Below are positions 50,266 through 60,098 of a stretch of 64,000 bases of DNA, piece by piece. This DNA is from a virus (taxonomy: Duplodnaviria > Caudoviricetes), in the IMG/VR virus record IMGVR_UViG_3300028805_000037, positions 160,001-224,000 of that record, one strand, 5' to 3'. Below the pieces are notes generated by a model. The model did no database searches. It had not been told where the DNA came from and saw only the letters and a list, made by a program, of their open reading frames with translations. The position numbers and the translations under genes were made by a program. Each line of letters begins with the position of its first letter. Within the stretch, counting starts at the first letter, position 1.

Positions 50266-50808
50266 ATGGATAATTTTGTAATTGTAAAACAATATACATT
50301 TAACCCTAAATTTACTAGTAATATTGATTTTTTAGTTAAAAATCAACAAAAAACATTTACAACAAAAGGTTTAAATCCAGTACAAGTTAATAATAAATCA
50401 GAAACATTAAAGAATTATAATTTAACTTGGGAATATGATTGCAAAAAACGTTTGACTTTTATTACTGGTAAATTAATTAATATAGCTAATTGGATTACTA
50501 ATTATTATGATATTAATTGTTCACTTTCAGATACAATAAAATATATTAATAAGTTGCAAAAGCAACAGAATGAAAATAAAATAAAAAAGGAGAAGAAAGA
50601 AATGGTTAAAAAACAGCAAACAAAGTTAGAAAAAGTATTTAATTTATTAAAAAGCGGTAAAAAGGTAAAAATTCAAACGATTGCTAAAAAAGTTTATGGT
50701 AGTGATAGTGAATATTCTATAAAGAAAGCAAGAACAGCTATTTCTGATTTAAGGACAAGTAAAGGTTATGAAATTCAACTTGTAGGAAAAGGAATTTATC
50801 AACTCTAA
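50266..50808 (+). CDS. protein with a C-terminal winged-HTH-like domain
   Basis: KVFNLLKSG...IAKKVY...ARTAISDLRTSKGYEI; internal RBS and start (MVKKQ). Confidence 0.6.
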   Translation: MDNFVIVKQYTFNPKFTSNIDFLVKNQQKTFTTKGLNPVQVNNKSETLKNYNLTWEYDCKKRLTFITGKLINIANWITNYYDINCSLSDTIKYINKLQKQQNENKIKKEKKEMVKKQQTKLEKVFNLLKSGKKVKIQTIAKKVYGSDSEYSIKKARTAISDLRTSKGYEIQLVGKGIYQL

Positions 50809-52016
50809 TGAAATACATTAAAGAATTACAATTAACTAATTTTGAATCTTGGTTAAATAATAATATTCAATTTAATAAAGGATTGAATATTATTATAGGT
50901 AATTCTGATAGTGGTAAAAGTGCCTCATTTAGAGCAATAGATGCAGTTTTAAATGGAAAATTTAAAGATTCTTCAATAACATTTGGTAAAAAGAAGTCAG
51001 AAGTTAAAATAATATTTGAAGATAATCATTTTGCAACAAGAATTAGAAGTAAAAAAGAAAATATTATACAATATGATGATTTACTTTTTGAAAGAGTAGG
51101 AAAAGAAATACCAAATGAATATTTTGAAGCATTAGGTAAAACAAAGTTAGAGTTAAATGATGATAAAAGTATAGATTTATGTTTATATTCACAATTTGCT
51201 AATCATTTTTTTATAACATCATCTGATATTGAAAAAAGTAAAATTATTGGCAGCGCTTGTGGTATAAATATAGTTGATAAAATTGTAGATAATGTTAATA
51301 ATGACATTAGACATAATAATTCAGAATTAAAACATCTTAAGTCTACTGTTGACGAACAGCAGCTTAAGTTAAATCAATTGCAATTGGATGTCGACATAAA
51401 ACGTAGGAAATTAGAACAGTTAACAGTTCTAATAGGTAGGGTCAATACTAATTATAATAAATTAGTTAAAATTGATCACCTTTTTCAAAATATTAAAAAT
51501 AAATTAACTCAAATTTCTAATTTAAAAAATCAAATTTCTAAAAATCAAATTCAAATTTCTAAAATTCAAAATTCTAAATTAAAATTTCAAAAATTAAACT
51601 CATTATATCAAATTTTTCTTTATCAAGTTAAAATTAATACAATTAAAACTTTAATTTCTGAAAATCAAATTAAAATTTCTAAATTTCAAAACTTTAAATT
51701 AAAATTTCAAACTTTAAATACTTTAATTAAAATTTTTAAAAATCAAATTCAAATTTCTAATTTAAAAAATCAAAATTCTAAATTTCAAACTTTAATTTCT
51801 AAAATTCAAAATTCTAAATTAAAATTTCAAAAATTAAATTTATTAAATGAAAAAGCACAAGTAATTAAAAATTCTCTGCTTAATATTAATAGTATTAAGC
51901 AGAGAATAAATGATGTAAATAATAAATTAGCAATAAAATTAGAACAAAAAAATAATTTTCATAAAGAAACTGGAATTTGTCCACTTTGTGGAAGTGTTAT
52001 AGGAGAACATAAATGA
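50808..52016 (+). CDS. SbcC/Rad50-like ATPase, N-terminal half (Walker A, coiled coil, zinc hook)
   Basis: LTNFES, GNSDSGKSA, C-terminal CPLCG. Confidence 0.88.
   Translation: MKYIKELQLTNFESWLNNNIQFNKGLNIIIGNSDSGKSASFRAIDAVLNGKFKDSSITFGKKKSEVKIIFEDNHFATRIRSKKENIIQYDDLLFERVGKEIPNEYFEALGKTKLELNDDKSIDLCLYSQFANHFFITSSDIEKSKIIGSACGINIVDKIVDNVNNDIRHNNSELKHLKSTVDEQQLKLNQLQLDVDIKRRKLEQLTVLIGRVNTNYNKLVKIDHLFQNIKNKLTQISNLKNQISKNQIQISKIQNSKLKFQKLNSLYQIFLYQVKINTIKTLISENQIKISKFQNFKLKFQTLNTLIKIFKNQIQISNLKNQNSKFQTLISKIQNSKLKFQKLNLLNEKAQVIKNSLLNINSIKQRINDVNNKLAIKLEQKNNFHKETGICPLCGSVIGEHK
51510..51840 (+). repeat. ~120-bp (40-aa) degenerate triple repeat, almost free of G, inside the SbcC coiled coil
   Basis: CAAATTTCTAATTTAAAAAATCAA at 51510 and 51750; ISKIQNSKLKFQKLN-like unit three times. 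Confidence 0.8.
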
Positions 52017-52930
52017 AATTATTAATAGTTGGCGATTTACATTTAAGATATACTGCTCCTATAAATAGAAAAGAAACTTTTTATAATGAATTATTAAATA
52101 AATTAGAAGAAATTAAACAAATACAATTACAGAATAATATTGAAGATGAAAATGTTATATGTTTAGGTGATGTTTTTGATGATTTTATTGTAGATTACGC
52201 TGAAAAAATAATTTATGATGTAGCAAATTATATTAAAGGTTGGACATTTCTTATTGGAAATCATGATTGCAAAGAAAAAAACGGAGATGTAAGAGGTACA
52301 ACTTTTGGTATGTTAGTTCAATTAGGTATAATTAAAATTATTAAAAGAAGAATCATTAATTATAAATATTTATTAGATTTTTATCATTATTATAATAGAC
52401 AAAATATTTATAATACAGATTTAAAAGAATATAATGATAAGTTAAAAATTGCATTTATTCATGATTATATTGTACCTAATAAAATAGCTAATAAATATCA
52501 TGCTAAAGATGTAGTAACTTGTGAAAATATGAAATCAAAATATGATTATATATTTTGTGGACATTTTCATTATTCTTATGATTTTAGTTGTAATGGAACC
52601 AGATTTATTAATCCAGGTTCGTTATTAAGAAAAACAATAGCAGATGATGATATGAAACGTAAAGTAAAAGTTTGTATTTTTGATTCAGATAAAATAGATA
52701 ATGATCCAATTCAATATATTTATTTAAAATCTTGTAAAGATTATAAAGATGTATTTAATATTAATAATGATGATATAATTAAAAAAGATTTTGATTCACA
52801 ATTTATACAAAAATTACAAAATGTAAAACTTTATGGTAATACATTTGATGATGTGATAAATCTTTTAAAAGATAATAAGGTTGATAATGATGTAATTGAG
52901 TATGTTGATACAATGAAACAAAATATATAA
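52013..52930 (+). CDS. SbcD/Mre11-like metallophosphoesterase nuclease
   Basis: GDLH, LGDVFD, GNHD, GHFH, NPGS. Confidence 0.92.
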   Translation: MKLLIVGDLHLRYTAPINRKETFYNELLNKLEEIKQIQLQNNIEDENVICLGDVFDDFIVDYAEKIIYDVANYIKGWTFLIGNHDCKEKNGDVRGTTFGMLVQLGIIKIIKRRIINYKYLLDFYHYYNRQNIYNTDLKEYNDKLKIAFIHDYIVPNKIANKYHAKDVVTCENMKSKYDYIFCGHFHYSYDFSCNGTRFINPGSLLRKTIADDDMKRKVKVCIFDSDKIDNDPIQYIYLKSCKDYKDVFNINNDDIIKKDFDSQFIQKLQNVKLYGNTFDDVINLLKDNKVDNDVIEYVDTMKQNI

Positions 52931-52940
52931 GGAGAAGAAA

Positions 52941-53198
52941 ATGGATATAAATAAAGTAAATGAGGTTTTAAATAAGTATAAAATTATTGAAAATGAAGTA
53001 AATAATCTTGAACAGCGGCAACAACAATTAAATAATGAATTAATTAAAGAACAAACATTACTTCAACAAAATCTTGATGAATTAAAACAATATGATATTT
53101 TACCACAAAATGTAGAAAAAGAAATAGAAAATATAACAATAGAATTAGAAAAGGATATAAAAGAGTATGAACAACTCTCTGGAACAACTTCAATATAA
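52941..53198 (+). CDS. short coiled-coil protein
   Basis: Heptad-rich; between SbcD and the SbcC C-terminal half. Confidence 0.65.
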   Translation: MDINKVNEVLNKYKIIENEVNNLEQRQQQLNNELIKEQTLLQQNLDELKQYDILPQNVEKEIENITIELEKDIKEYEQLSGTTSI

Positions 53199-53832
53199 AA
53201 TTCAAAATATTAATAATAATTATAAAATTTTTGAACAAGATTATTATAAAATTAAAGGTGAATTTGAGCAATTAAATTCAATTTTAAATAGTAATATTAA
53301 TAAAATAGATATATGTAATAAAAATAATGAATTATATTTAAAAACAAAAAAGATTATTAATGACATTATATTAAGTATAAGAGATAATGCATTAAAATTT
53401 ATTGAAGATGTAATTACTAGTGCATTACAAGAAATATTTATTGATAAAAAATTAGAATTAAAATTAATTTTAAATAATGAAAATGTAAAGACTTCTGTAT
53501 CTGTTTATATTAAAGAAAATGATAATCTTTTTGATATTGAAAGTTCTAGAGGTGGTGGATTAAGAGATATAGTTAGTTTTGGTTTTTTAATATGTTTAAG
53601 AAAATTATGTAATATACAACTTCCTTTAATTTGTGATGAAAGTTTTAAGTTCATTAACAGCGTAGATTCAAATGAATATAATAAAAATGCTTTTAGATTT
53701 GTAAAAAATATTTGTAATAAATTAAATGAGCAAATTATATTCATTACTGGTAAAATTAATAAAGATGCTATAGCAAATGCAGATAAAGTTATATATGTAG
53801 AACAAAAAGATGGAAAATCATATGTGAGGTAA
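53167..53832 (+). CDS. SbcC/Rad50-like ATPase, C-terminal half
   Basis: SRGGG signature, LICDE Walker B, QIIFIT. Confidence 0.85.
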   Translation: MNNSLEQLQYKIQNINNNYKIFEQDYYKIKGEFEQLNSILNSNINKIDICNKNNELYLKTKKIINDIILSIRDNALKFIEDVITSALQEIFIDKKLELKLILNNENVKTSVSVYIKENDNLFDIESSRGGGLRDIVSFGFLICLRKLCNIQLPLICDESFKFINSVDSNEYNKNAFRFVKNICNKLNEQIIFITGKINKDAIANADKVIYVEQKDGKSYVR

Positions 53833-53837
53833 TAAAT

Positions 53838-54077
53838 ATGTTTGTTCAATTTCATAATGAAGTAGGACCATTTACGATAAATAAAGATGAAATAGTTATG
53901 GCAGCACCAAATTTGAATTTAAATGAAAATTTTAGTAAAACGACATTTAATTCTAGTTTTGATTATTCTGAATTAAAAACTTATTTAACATTAAAAAATG
54001 GTATGGTAATTATGATTAAAGAAGAATATAGTTATGTTGATTCTTTATTAAGACCAGAGGTAAAAAATGAAGGATAA
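53838..54077 (+). CDS. hypothetical protein
   Basis: GAGG RBS; operon context. Confidence 0.6.
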   Translation: MFVQFHNEVGPFTINKDEIVMAAPNLNLNENFSKTTFNSSFDYSELKTYLTLKNGMVIMIKEEYSYVDSLLRPEVKNEG

Positions 54078-54411
54078 ACCAAGAAGATTAACTAAAGAAC
54101 AATTTATAGAAAGAGTTAAAGATTTATATATTAAATTTAATTCTTATTTATATGATGAAAATAATGTTAAAATACCATTTGAAGTGTATTATAATGATGC
54201 ATTAAAAGAATATCAAAAACAAAATAATATGTCAGATGATGAATTAAGACAATATAGAAATATACAATTTGAAGAATTAGTTAATGATGTAAATCAATTA
54301 ACTACAGATAAAGAACGTGAAAAATATAAAAAAGAAGAATTACAAACATTAACTGAAGAAGATTTGATAAGGTATCAATATGAAAAAAGTAAAAAAGAAA
54401 AAAGTCAATAA
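54067..54411 (+). CDS. hypothetical protein
   Basis: GAGG RBS; operon context. Confidence 0.6.
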   Translation: MKDKPRRLTKEQFIERVKDLYIKFNSYLYDENNVKIPFEVYYNDALKEYQKQNNMSDDELRQYRNIQFEELVNDVNQLTTDKEREKYKKEELQTLTEEDLIRYQYEKSKKEKSQ

Positions 54412-54838
54412 AGCAAAATTAATAAAAAAAATAAAAAAACAAAATTTTGAATTATGGTCAAAATGTGTAAGATTAAGAGATAAAAGATGCATAGTTTGTG
54501 GTAGTACTGAAAATTTGCAAGCACATCATTGTTTTGTTAGAGCGGCGGCTAGTTTAAGAACAAGGTTTATGACAATTAATGGTATTTGTGTATGTTTTCG
54601 TTGCCATTTAATTCAAATTCATAAAAATGGTGATAAAAGATTTTTTGAAAAATATATTAAAATATTAGATGAAAAAATACCAAAAGAAAAACAACAAGAA
54701 ATATATAAAATAGCTGAAAATAAAGAGCCAATAACTTTAGAAGATTTACAGATAATAAATGAAAATTTAAAAAAAGAATTGCAAAATTTACAGCAATCTC
54801 AAGAAAAACAAGAAATATTACCTAAAATAATCACATAA
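54380..54838 (+). CDS. NinG/Rap-like HNH endonuclease
   Basis: VRLRDKRCIVCG...AHH...NGICVCFRCH. Confidence 0.8.
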   Translation: MKKVKKKKVNKAKLIKKIKKQNFELWSKCVRLRDKRCIVCGSTENLQAHHCFVRAAASLRTRFMTINGICVCFRCHLIQIHKNGDKRFFEKYIKILDEKIPKEKQQEIYKIAENKEPITLEDLQIINENLKKELQNLQQSQEKQEILPKIIT

Positions 54839-54882
54839 TTTTATATAATATATTATAAAAAAATATTGGAAGGGATATATAA

Positions 54883-56256
54883 TTGGCATTTCAATTTAGT
54901 TCTATTTCACTTGAAATTGAGTTATTAAATCATTTAGTAAAAAGTGAAGATAATTTAGAAAAAGCTTTAATTAAGATTAGTAATGATGATTTTACAACTG
55001 ATATAACTAAAGTTTTATTTTATGAAATAACTCAGTTTTATAAACAATATAATAAAATTATATCTAGATTAGAATTACAACAAAAAGTAATTGATACTTA
55101 TCAAAATAAAGATATAATTTTACAATATATTGTACAAATTTATGATATTAATAATAATACAAATTTTGATAATATTGTAGAAAGTATAAAACAAAAAACA
55201 AAGGCAAGAAAAGTAGCAAGATTAATAGAAGTATTAGCAAATGCAGTAACATCTGGCGATATATCAAAGACTGATGTAATTATTAATGATTTTATGAATA
55301 ATTACGATGAATCAAATGAATTTTCAAAAACGCCAATGTTACAAAAAACAAATGATTTTTTACAAAAAATTATTGATGAAAGAAATAATCCAACAAAATT
55401 TGATGGCATTGAAACTGGTATACAAGAAGTAGATAAAGTTATAAGAGGTTTAAAAAAATCAGAGTTAGCTTTAGTTCTTGGTAAAACAGGTGGTTATAAA
55501 ACAACTACATTAATAAATTTAGCTTGTAATGCTTTATTAATGGGTAAAAAAGTAGCATTTTTTATAATTGAATCTCCAGTTGAACAATATACATATAATA
55601 TTCAATCATATTTTTCAAATATACCAGCAGAAAAGTTACAAAAAGCAACATCAACAGATCAAGAAATTATACAAGTTTATCAAATAATGAATAAAGTTAA
55701 ACAACTTGGTGGTGAAATAATATTTATAGATTGTCCTCAGGATTTAACACCAACTAAATTTCAAATTGAAATTAAAAAAGCAAAAAGAAAATATGGTAAT
55801 ATTGATTTAGTTATATTAGATTATATGCAAATTATGAATGACGAAAGTGGAAACAAAACAGATCCGTACGATTGGAAAAGATTAGCAACAATAAGTAAAC
55901 AATTAAAAGCAATAGCAAGGGCAGAACAGGTTCCAATATGGACAGCGGCACAAAAAGTAAAAAATAGAGTAAATCCAAATTCTAAAAAAGGAAATGAAGA
56001 AACACATGGAGTAGAAGATATAGCTTTTTCAAAATCAATTTCTGATAATTGTGATCTTGTATTAGAAATATATCAGTCTGATCAAGATAAATTAATGAAT
56101 ATTATAGAATTATATTTTTTAAAAGCAAGAAGAAGTAATGTTAAAACTGGTTATGGAGTAAAATTGCAATCTAATATTAATTATCAACAAATTGATGTAT
56201 TAGGAACAAAAATATTAAAAGAAAAATATTTAAATGGACAACAAACAAATAATTAA
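54883..56256 (+). CDS. dnaB: replicative DNA helicase
   Basis: GIETG, GKTGGYKTT, ILDYMQIM, LKAIAR, WTAAQ; TTG start with GGAAGG RBS. Confidence 0.92.
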   Translation: MAFQFSSISLEIELLNHLVKSEDNLEKALIKISNDDFTTDITKVLFYEITQFYKQYNKIISRLELQQKVIDTYQNKDIILQYIVQIYDINNNTNFDNIVESIKQKTKARKVARLIEVLANAVTSGDISKTDVIINDFMNNYDESNEFSKTPMLQKTNDFLQKIIDERNNPTKFDGIETGIQEVDKVIRGLKKSELALVLGKTGGYKTTTLINLACNALLMGKKVAFFIIESPVEQYTYNIQSYFSNIPAEKLQKATSTDQEIIQVYQIMNKVKQLGGEIIFIDCPQDLTPTKFQIEIKKAKRKYGNIDLVILDYMQIMNDESGNKTDPYDWKRLATISKQLKAIARAEQVPIWTAAQKVKNRVNPNSKKGNEETHGVEDIAFSKSISDNCDLVLEIYQSDQDKLMNIIELYFLKARRSNVKTGYGVKLQSNINYQQIDVLGTKILKEKYLNGQQTNN

Positions 56257-57175
56257 TTCATATTTTAATTATGAAAAAATGTTAATAATACTTGAAAATT
56301 ATGGTATAAAAAACATAAAAAAGTCAGGCAATTATTTTATGTGTTCATGTCCTTGGCATAAGGATGATAAACCATCATTTTCAATATCATTTTTAAATGG
56401 TAGTTATAGATGTTTTTCTTGTGGAGATTTTGGAGATTTTTTTAAATTTAAGTCAAAGATAGAAGGAATAACTTATGATGAAGCAAAAAAGAATATCTTA
56501 AATAATTTTAAACATATATATTATCAAAATGTAATAATGACATCATTAAATAAATTAAAATATGAAGATAAACCTAAACAAAATATAACTGAAGTATTAA
56601 ATGTTAAAAAGTTAAATAAATTTAATAATTATGAAGTTATATTAAAATATATTAATATTAGTAAAGAAGTTGCAAATAAATTTAATTTAGGTTTATGTTT
56701 AGAAAAAAGATATTTAGGTCGATTAGCAATTCCTTTATATAATGATAAACAAACTTTTTGGGAACTACGTGATTTGACTAAAACTAGTGATAAAAAAGTT
56801 TTATATACAAAAGGAACACATGTTGGTGATATACTTTATTATAATAAAGTTGATGAGAATAATGATTCAGTGTTTTTATGTGAAGGAACAAAAGATGTAC
56901 TTACAATGAATAGTTATGGTTTTAATGCAATGTGTTGCTTTGGTATAAATATAAGTATGAAGCAAATAGAATTAATGTTAAATAAAGGAATAAAATTTGT
57001 ATATTTACTTTATGACAATGATACTGCCGGTCAAGATGCGACAAAAAGAAATTACCCTATATTAAAAAAATATATAGATTGTCAAAAAATAATATGGAAT
57101 AATACATTCCCTAAAGATCCAAATGAATGTAGTAAACAACAAATTTTACAATTATTAAAGAATAATTTAAATTAA
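56234..57175 (+). CDS. dnaG: DNA primase (CHC2 zinc finger plus TOPRIM)
   Basis: CPWH...CFSCG; CEGTKD; YDNDTAG; KDPNE. Confidence 0.92.
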   Translation: MDNKQIINSYFNYEKMLIILENYGIKNIKKSGNYFMCSCPWHKDDKPSFSISFLNGSYRCFSCGDFGDFFKFKSKIEGITYDEAKKNILNNFKHIYYQNVIMTSLNKLKYEDKPKQNITEVLNVKKLNKFNNYEVILKYINISKEVANKFNLGLCLEKRYLGRLAIPLYNDKQTFWELRDLTKTSDKKVLYTKGTHVGDILYYNKVDENNDSVFLCEGTKDVLTMNSYGFNAMCCFGINISMKQIELMLNKGIKFVYLLYDNDTAGQDATKRNYPILKKYIDCQKIIWNNTFPKDPNECSKQQILQLLKNNLN

Positions 57176-57178
57176 AAA

Positions 57179-58513
57179 ATGTTAATAGATATTAATAAAG
57201 ACATCACTTCTTTTAAAAAAGGTATAGATGAAGCAATTAAGAATTTTAAGATTTGCTTTCAGAATGATTCTAATGTCATAATTTTTAATGAAAGTAAAAA
57301 TTATATAAATAATATTGATTTACTTTTAAAACATCAAAATACGTCAAATAGGATATATAATTTAGGTTATAATTTAATAGTTGATAGTGTAGATAATATA
57401 AGAAAACAAATATGTATAAAGCCAATATTATATTTACTTTTTATAGAACAAATATTTAAAGAAATAAATTATAAAATTCTTAAAAATTATCAAAAAATAA
57501 TTACAGATTTTTTACATTTTATAATTCAATATAGTAATAAAAGTAATTTGAGCAAAGTTAGAATAACTGAACAAGATTTGTTATCATATTTTAATTATAA
57601 TAATGAATTTTATAATGATATAATTAAGATAAGTTATAAAATTAATAATATTGAAATTAATGAAAATAAATTTAATTTAATAGAAAAAGATGAAAGTTAT
57701 ACAATTAAAGCAACTTGGTATGCAGCACAAAAATATTATCAAAATGTAGAATGTATGATATGGTATTCTAATTTAACAGTAGATGATTTAAAACAATTAA
57801 CAAATTTTGCACTTGAGATGAATAAAAAAATTGTTTTATTTTTTACATATTGTGATGAAAAAGTATCACATTATATAGATGAAACAAAAATTCTTGGTAG
57901 AATAATTTATGTTAAAATATTTGATATGTTTTATGATAAATTAAGAGATATTAAATATATAACAAGAAGTGATGACTTCTTTTATGATAAAAATTTTAAA
58001 ACATTTTTATCATACAGGTTTGGTAAAATTAAAGATATAGAATATAAAGAAGGTTTTGTTAAAATTATTGGTAAAGCGAAATATGAAGATTTTAAATACC
58101 ATATTAACTATCTTAATAATATTGTTAATTTAAAAAGATTAAATATGGTAAAAGGCAATTCATATATAATTAATTGTGAAGATAAAGATCTTGAAAATGT
58201 AAGAAATATTGTAAGTTTTTGCAAATCATCAGTGTTATATGGAATATTTTTTGGTATAACAAAAACGCTAAATATATTGAATTACCAATATAAAAATCAA
58301 CAAATTATAAATAATTTATATATTAAACTATTAAAATTTTATAATACAAAAATACTATATTTACAAAATATTAAAAATAATATAAAATATTCTTATAATT
58401 TTTCATTAAATGATTTTACAAATGATTTTGTTCCAATACAATTATATGTAGAAACATTTAAGATGCTTATTAGTAATATTGTAAATGTAATAAAGATTTT
58501 AGATAAGAAGTAA
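57179..58513 (+). CDS. highly degenerate GroEL-like chaperonin homologue
   Basis: Colinear weak matches to GroEL segments; no GDGTT ATP-binding motif. Confidence 0.5.
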   Translation: MLIDINKDITSFKKGIDEAIKNFKICFQNDSNVIIFNESKNYINNIDLLLKHQNTSNRIYNLGYNLIVDSVDNIRKQICIKPILYLLFIEQIFKEINYKILKNYQKIITDFLHFIIQYSNKSNLSKVRITEQDLLSYFNYNNEFYNDIIKISYKINNIEINENKFNLIEKDESYTIKATWYAAQKYYQNVECMIWYSNLTVDDLKQLTNFALEMNKKIVLFFTYCDEKVSHYIDETKILGRIIYVKIFDMFYDKLRDIKYITRSDDFFYDKNFKTFLSYRFGKIKDIEYKEGFVKIIGKAKYEDFKYHINYLNNIVNLKRLNMVKGNSYIINCEDKDLENVRNIVSFCKSSVLYGIFFGITKTLNILNYQYKNQQIINNLYIKLLKFYNTKILYLQNIKNNIKYSYNFSLNDFTNDFVPIQLYVETFKMLISNIVNVIKILDKK

Positions 58514-58546
58514 TAATATAAAGTAAATTTTTAAAGGAGAAGAAGA

Positions 58547-59392
58547 ATGATGAATTTACAAAGTAGTATTAAAATTTTAAGGTCAGATTCACAAAATCAG
58601 TTAGCCTGGAATTATTTAATGAAAAGAATGAATGGACAAATTGTTTATCAAATTTCACATCATTTAAAAGCTTTAAATATGGAAAAAGAAGATTTAAAGC
58701 AAGAAATTGGTATATTTTTACTTGATAGAATTATTCCTCGTCCATCACTTCGTAATAGAAATAATAATGGTATAAGAAAAGAAATTGATATAACGAAATC
58801 TGAAGGCCAAATTTATAATTGTTTATGTTTTGAAATAAATAATTTTGTATTAAGAAAAATCAATAAAAATATAACAAATAAAGATACAAAAATTTCATTT
58901 AAAGATGATAATGGTAAATTTTATAAAGATTTAAATAATAAGAAAATTACATTGTATTTAAAATGGGATAAAGAGAAAAAGCAATTTTATTTTATAGATA
59001 AAAAAAGATATATTTATTTAGATTTGAATATAAAAAGAGATAATGTAATTAATAAAAATCCATTAAGTACGAATTATTTTGAATTAACTGATAAACATGA
59101 AGATCACTGTGATGAAAATAAATATGATAAATTTTTATATGATAATAGATTATATACAGATAATAAAAATCATGATAGTTATAAAGAAATAGAATTTGAA
59201 ATTGATAATACATTTAAAGATAGTGATGAAGCTCAAAAAATATTAAATTATATTTTAGAGCATGATTATAAACAAGGTCGAAATTTTGTAAGAAGTCAAG
59301 AAGCCAACAAAATTTGTAATAAAAAAATAAAACCTATTTTACAACAAATTTATGGCTTGGGAACAAATAAAAGATCTTACAGAAAGAAATAA
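58547..59392 (+). CDS. sigma-factor-like protein 1
   Basis: QLAWNYLMKRM...MEKEDLKQEIGIFLL region-2-like segment. Confidence 0.55.
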   Translation: MMNLQSSIKILRSDSQNQLAWNYLMKRMNGQIVYQISHHLKALNMEKEDLKQEIGIFLLDRIIPRPSLRNRNNNGIRKEIDITKSEGQIYNCLCFEINNFVLRKINKNITNKDTKISFKDDNGKFYKDLNNKKITLYLKWDKEKKQFYFIDKKRYIYLDLNIKRDNVINKNPLSTNYFELTDKHEDHCDENKYDKFLYDNRLYTDNKNHDSYKEIEFEIDNTFKDSDEAQKILNYILEHDYKQGRNFVRSQEANKICNKKIKPILQQIYGLGTNKRSYRKK

Positions 59393-60089
59393 AAATCAGA
59401 AAAAAGTTTATATTAATTTAGATAATGTAGACATTTTATTTAATAAGAATAAGAACGAAATTTTATGTCATGATAAGATTTTTAATTTGTGTCAAAAATA
59501 TGTGACACAATATATGAAATTTACATCAAATTTTGAATTAAAAAAAGAATTAGCAACAAGCGCTTTATGTAAATTATATATACATTTTAAAAGAACACTT
59601 TTAAAAATGCAAGCAGCTAACCCTGATAAAAAACCAGAATTAGTTTTTTATTTAAGTCAATTTTATTATTATGTTCATTTAACAGCTAGAAATGAAATAT
59701 ATATGCATAATAATAGACTCAAAAAATCACCACAATTTATTGAATTTAGACAGGATGTTGATTATACACAACCAATAGAAAAATATATTAATAGTCTTGA
59801 AGATATTGATGGTTATATACAAGTAAATGAAAAGATAGTTTTAACATCTAATGATTATAATAGAGATAATAGAAAAATAGAAGATAATAGTAGTTATGAA
59901 AGTAAATTTGATTTTGATAGAATACTTGTTAAAATTAAAAATTATTTTACAGATGATGAAATAAATGTTATTAAAGACATTTATAATGGTAATGAAAATA
60001 AAATTAATAGTTCAATATTAATTTCGATACAAAATAAAATAGCTAATAATGATGAATTAAAAACTATTTTAATGGATTTTATTCAATAG
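59352..60089 (+). CDS. sigma-factor-like protein 2
   Basis: FYYYVHLTARNEIY region-2-like; FTDDEINVIKDIY region-4-like. Confidence 0.5.
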   Translation: MAWEQIKDLTERNKNQKKVYINLDNVDILFNKNKNEILCHDKIFNLCQKYVTQYMKFTSNFELKKELATSALCKLYIHFKRTLLKMQAANPDKKPELVFYLSQFYYYVHLTARNEIYMHNNRLKKSPQFIEFRQDVDYTQPIEKYINSLEDIDGYIQVNEKIVLTSNDYNRDNRKIEDNSSYESKFDFDRILVKIKNYFTDDEINVIKDIYNGNENKINSSILISIQNKIANNDELKTILMDFIQ

Positions 60090-60098
60090 GAGTAATTA

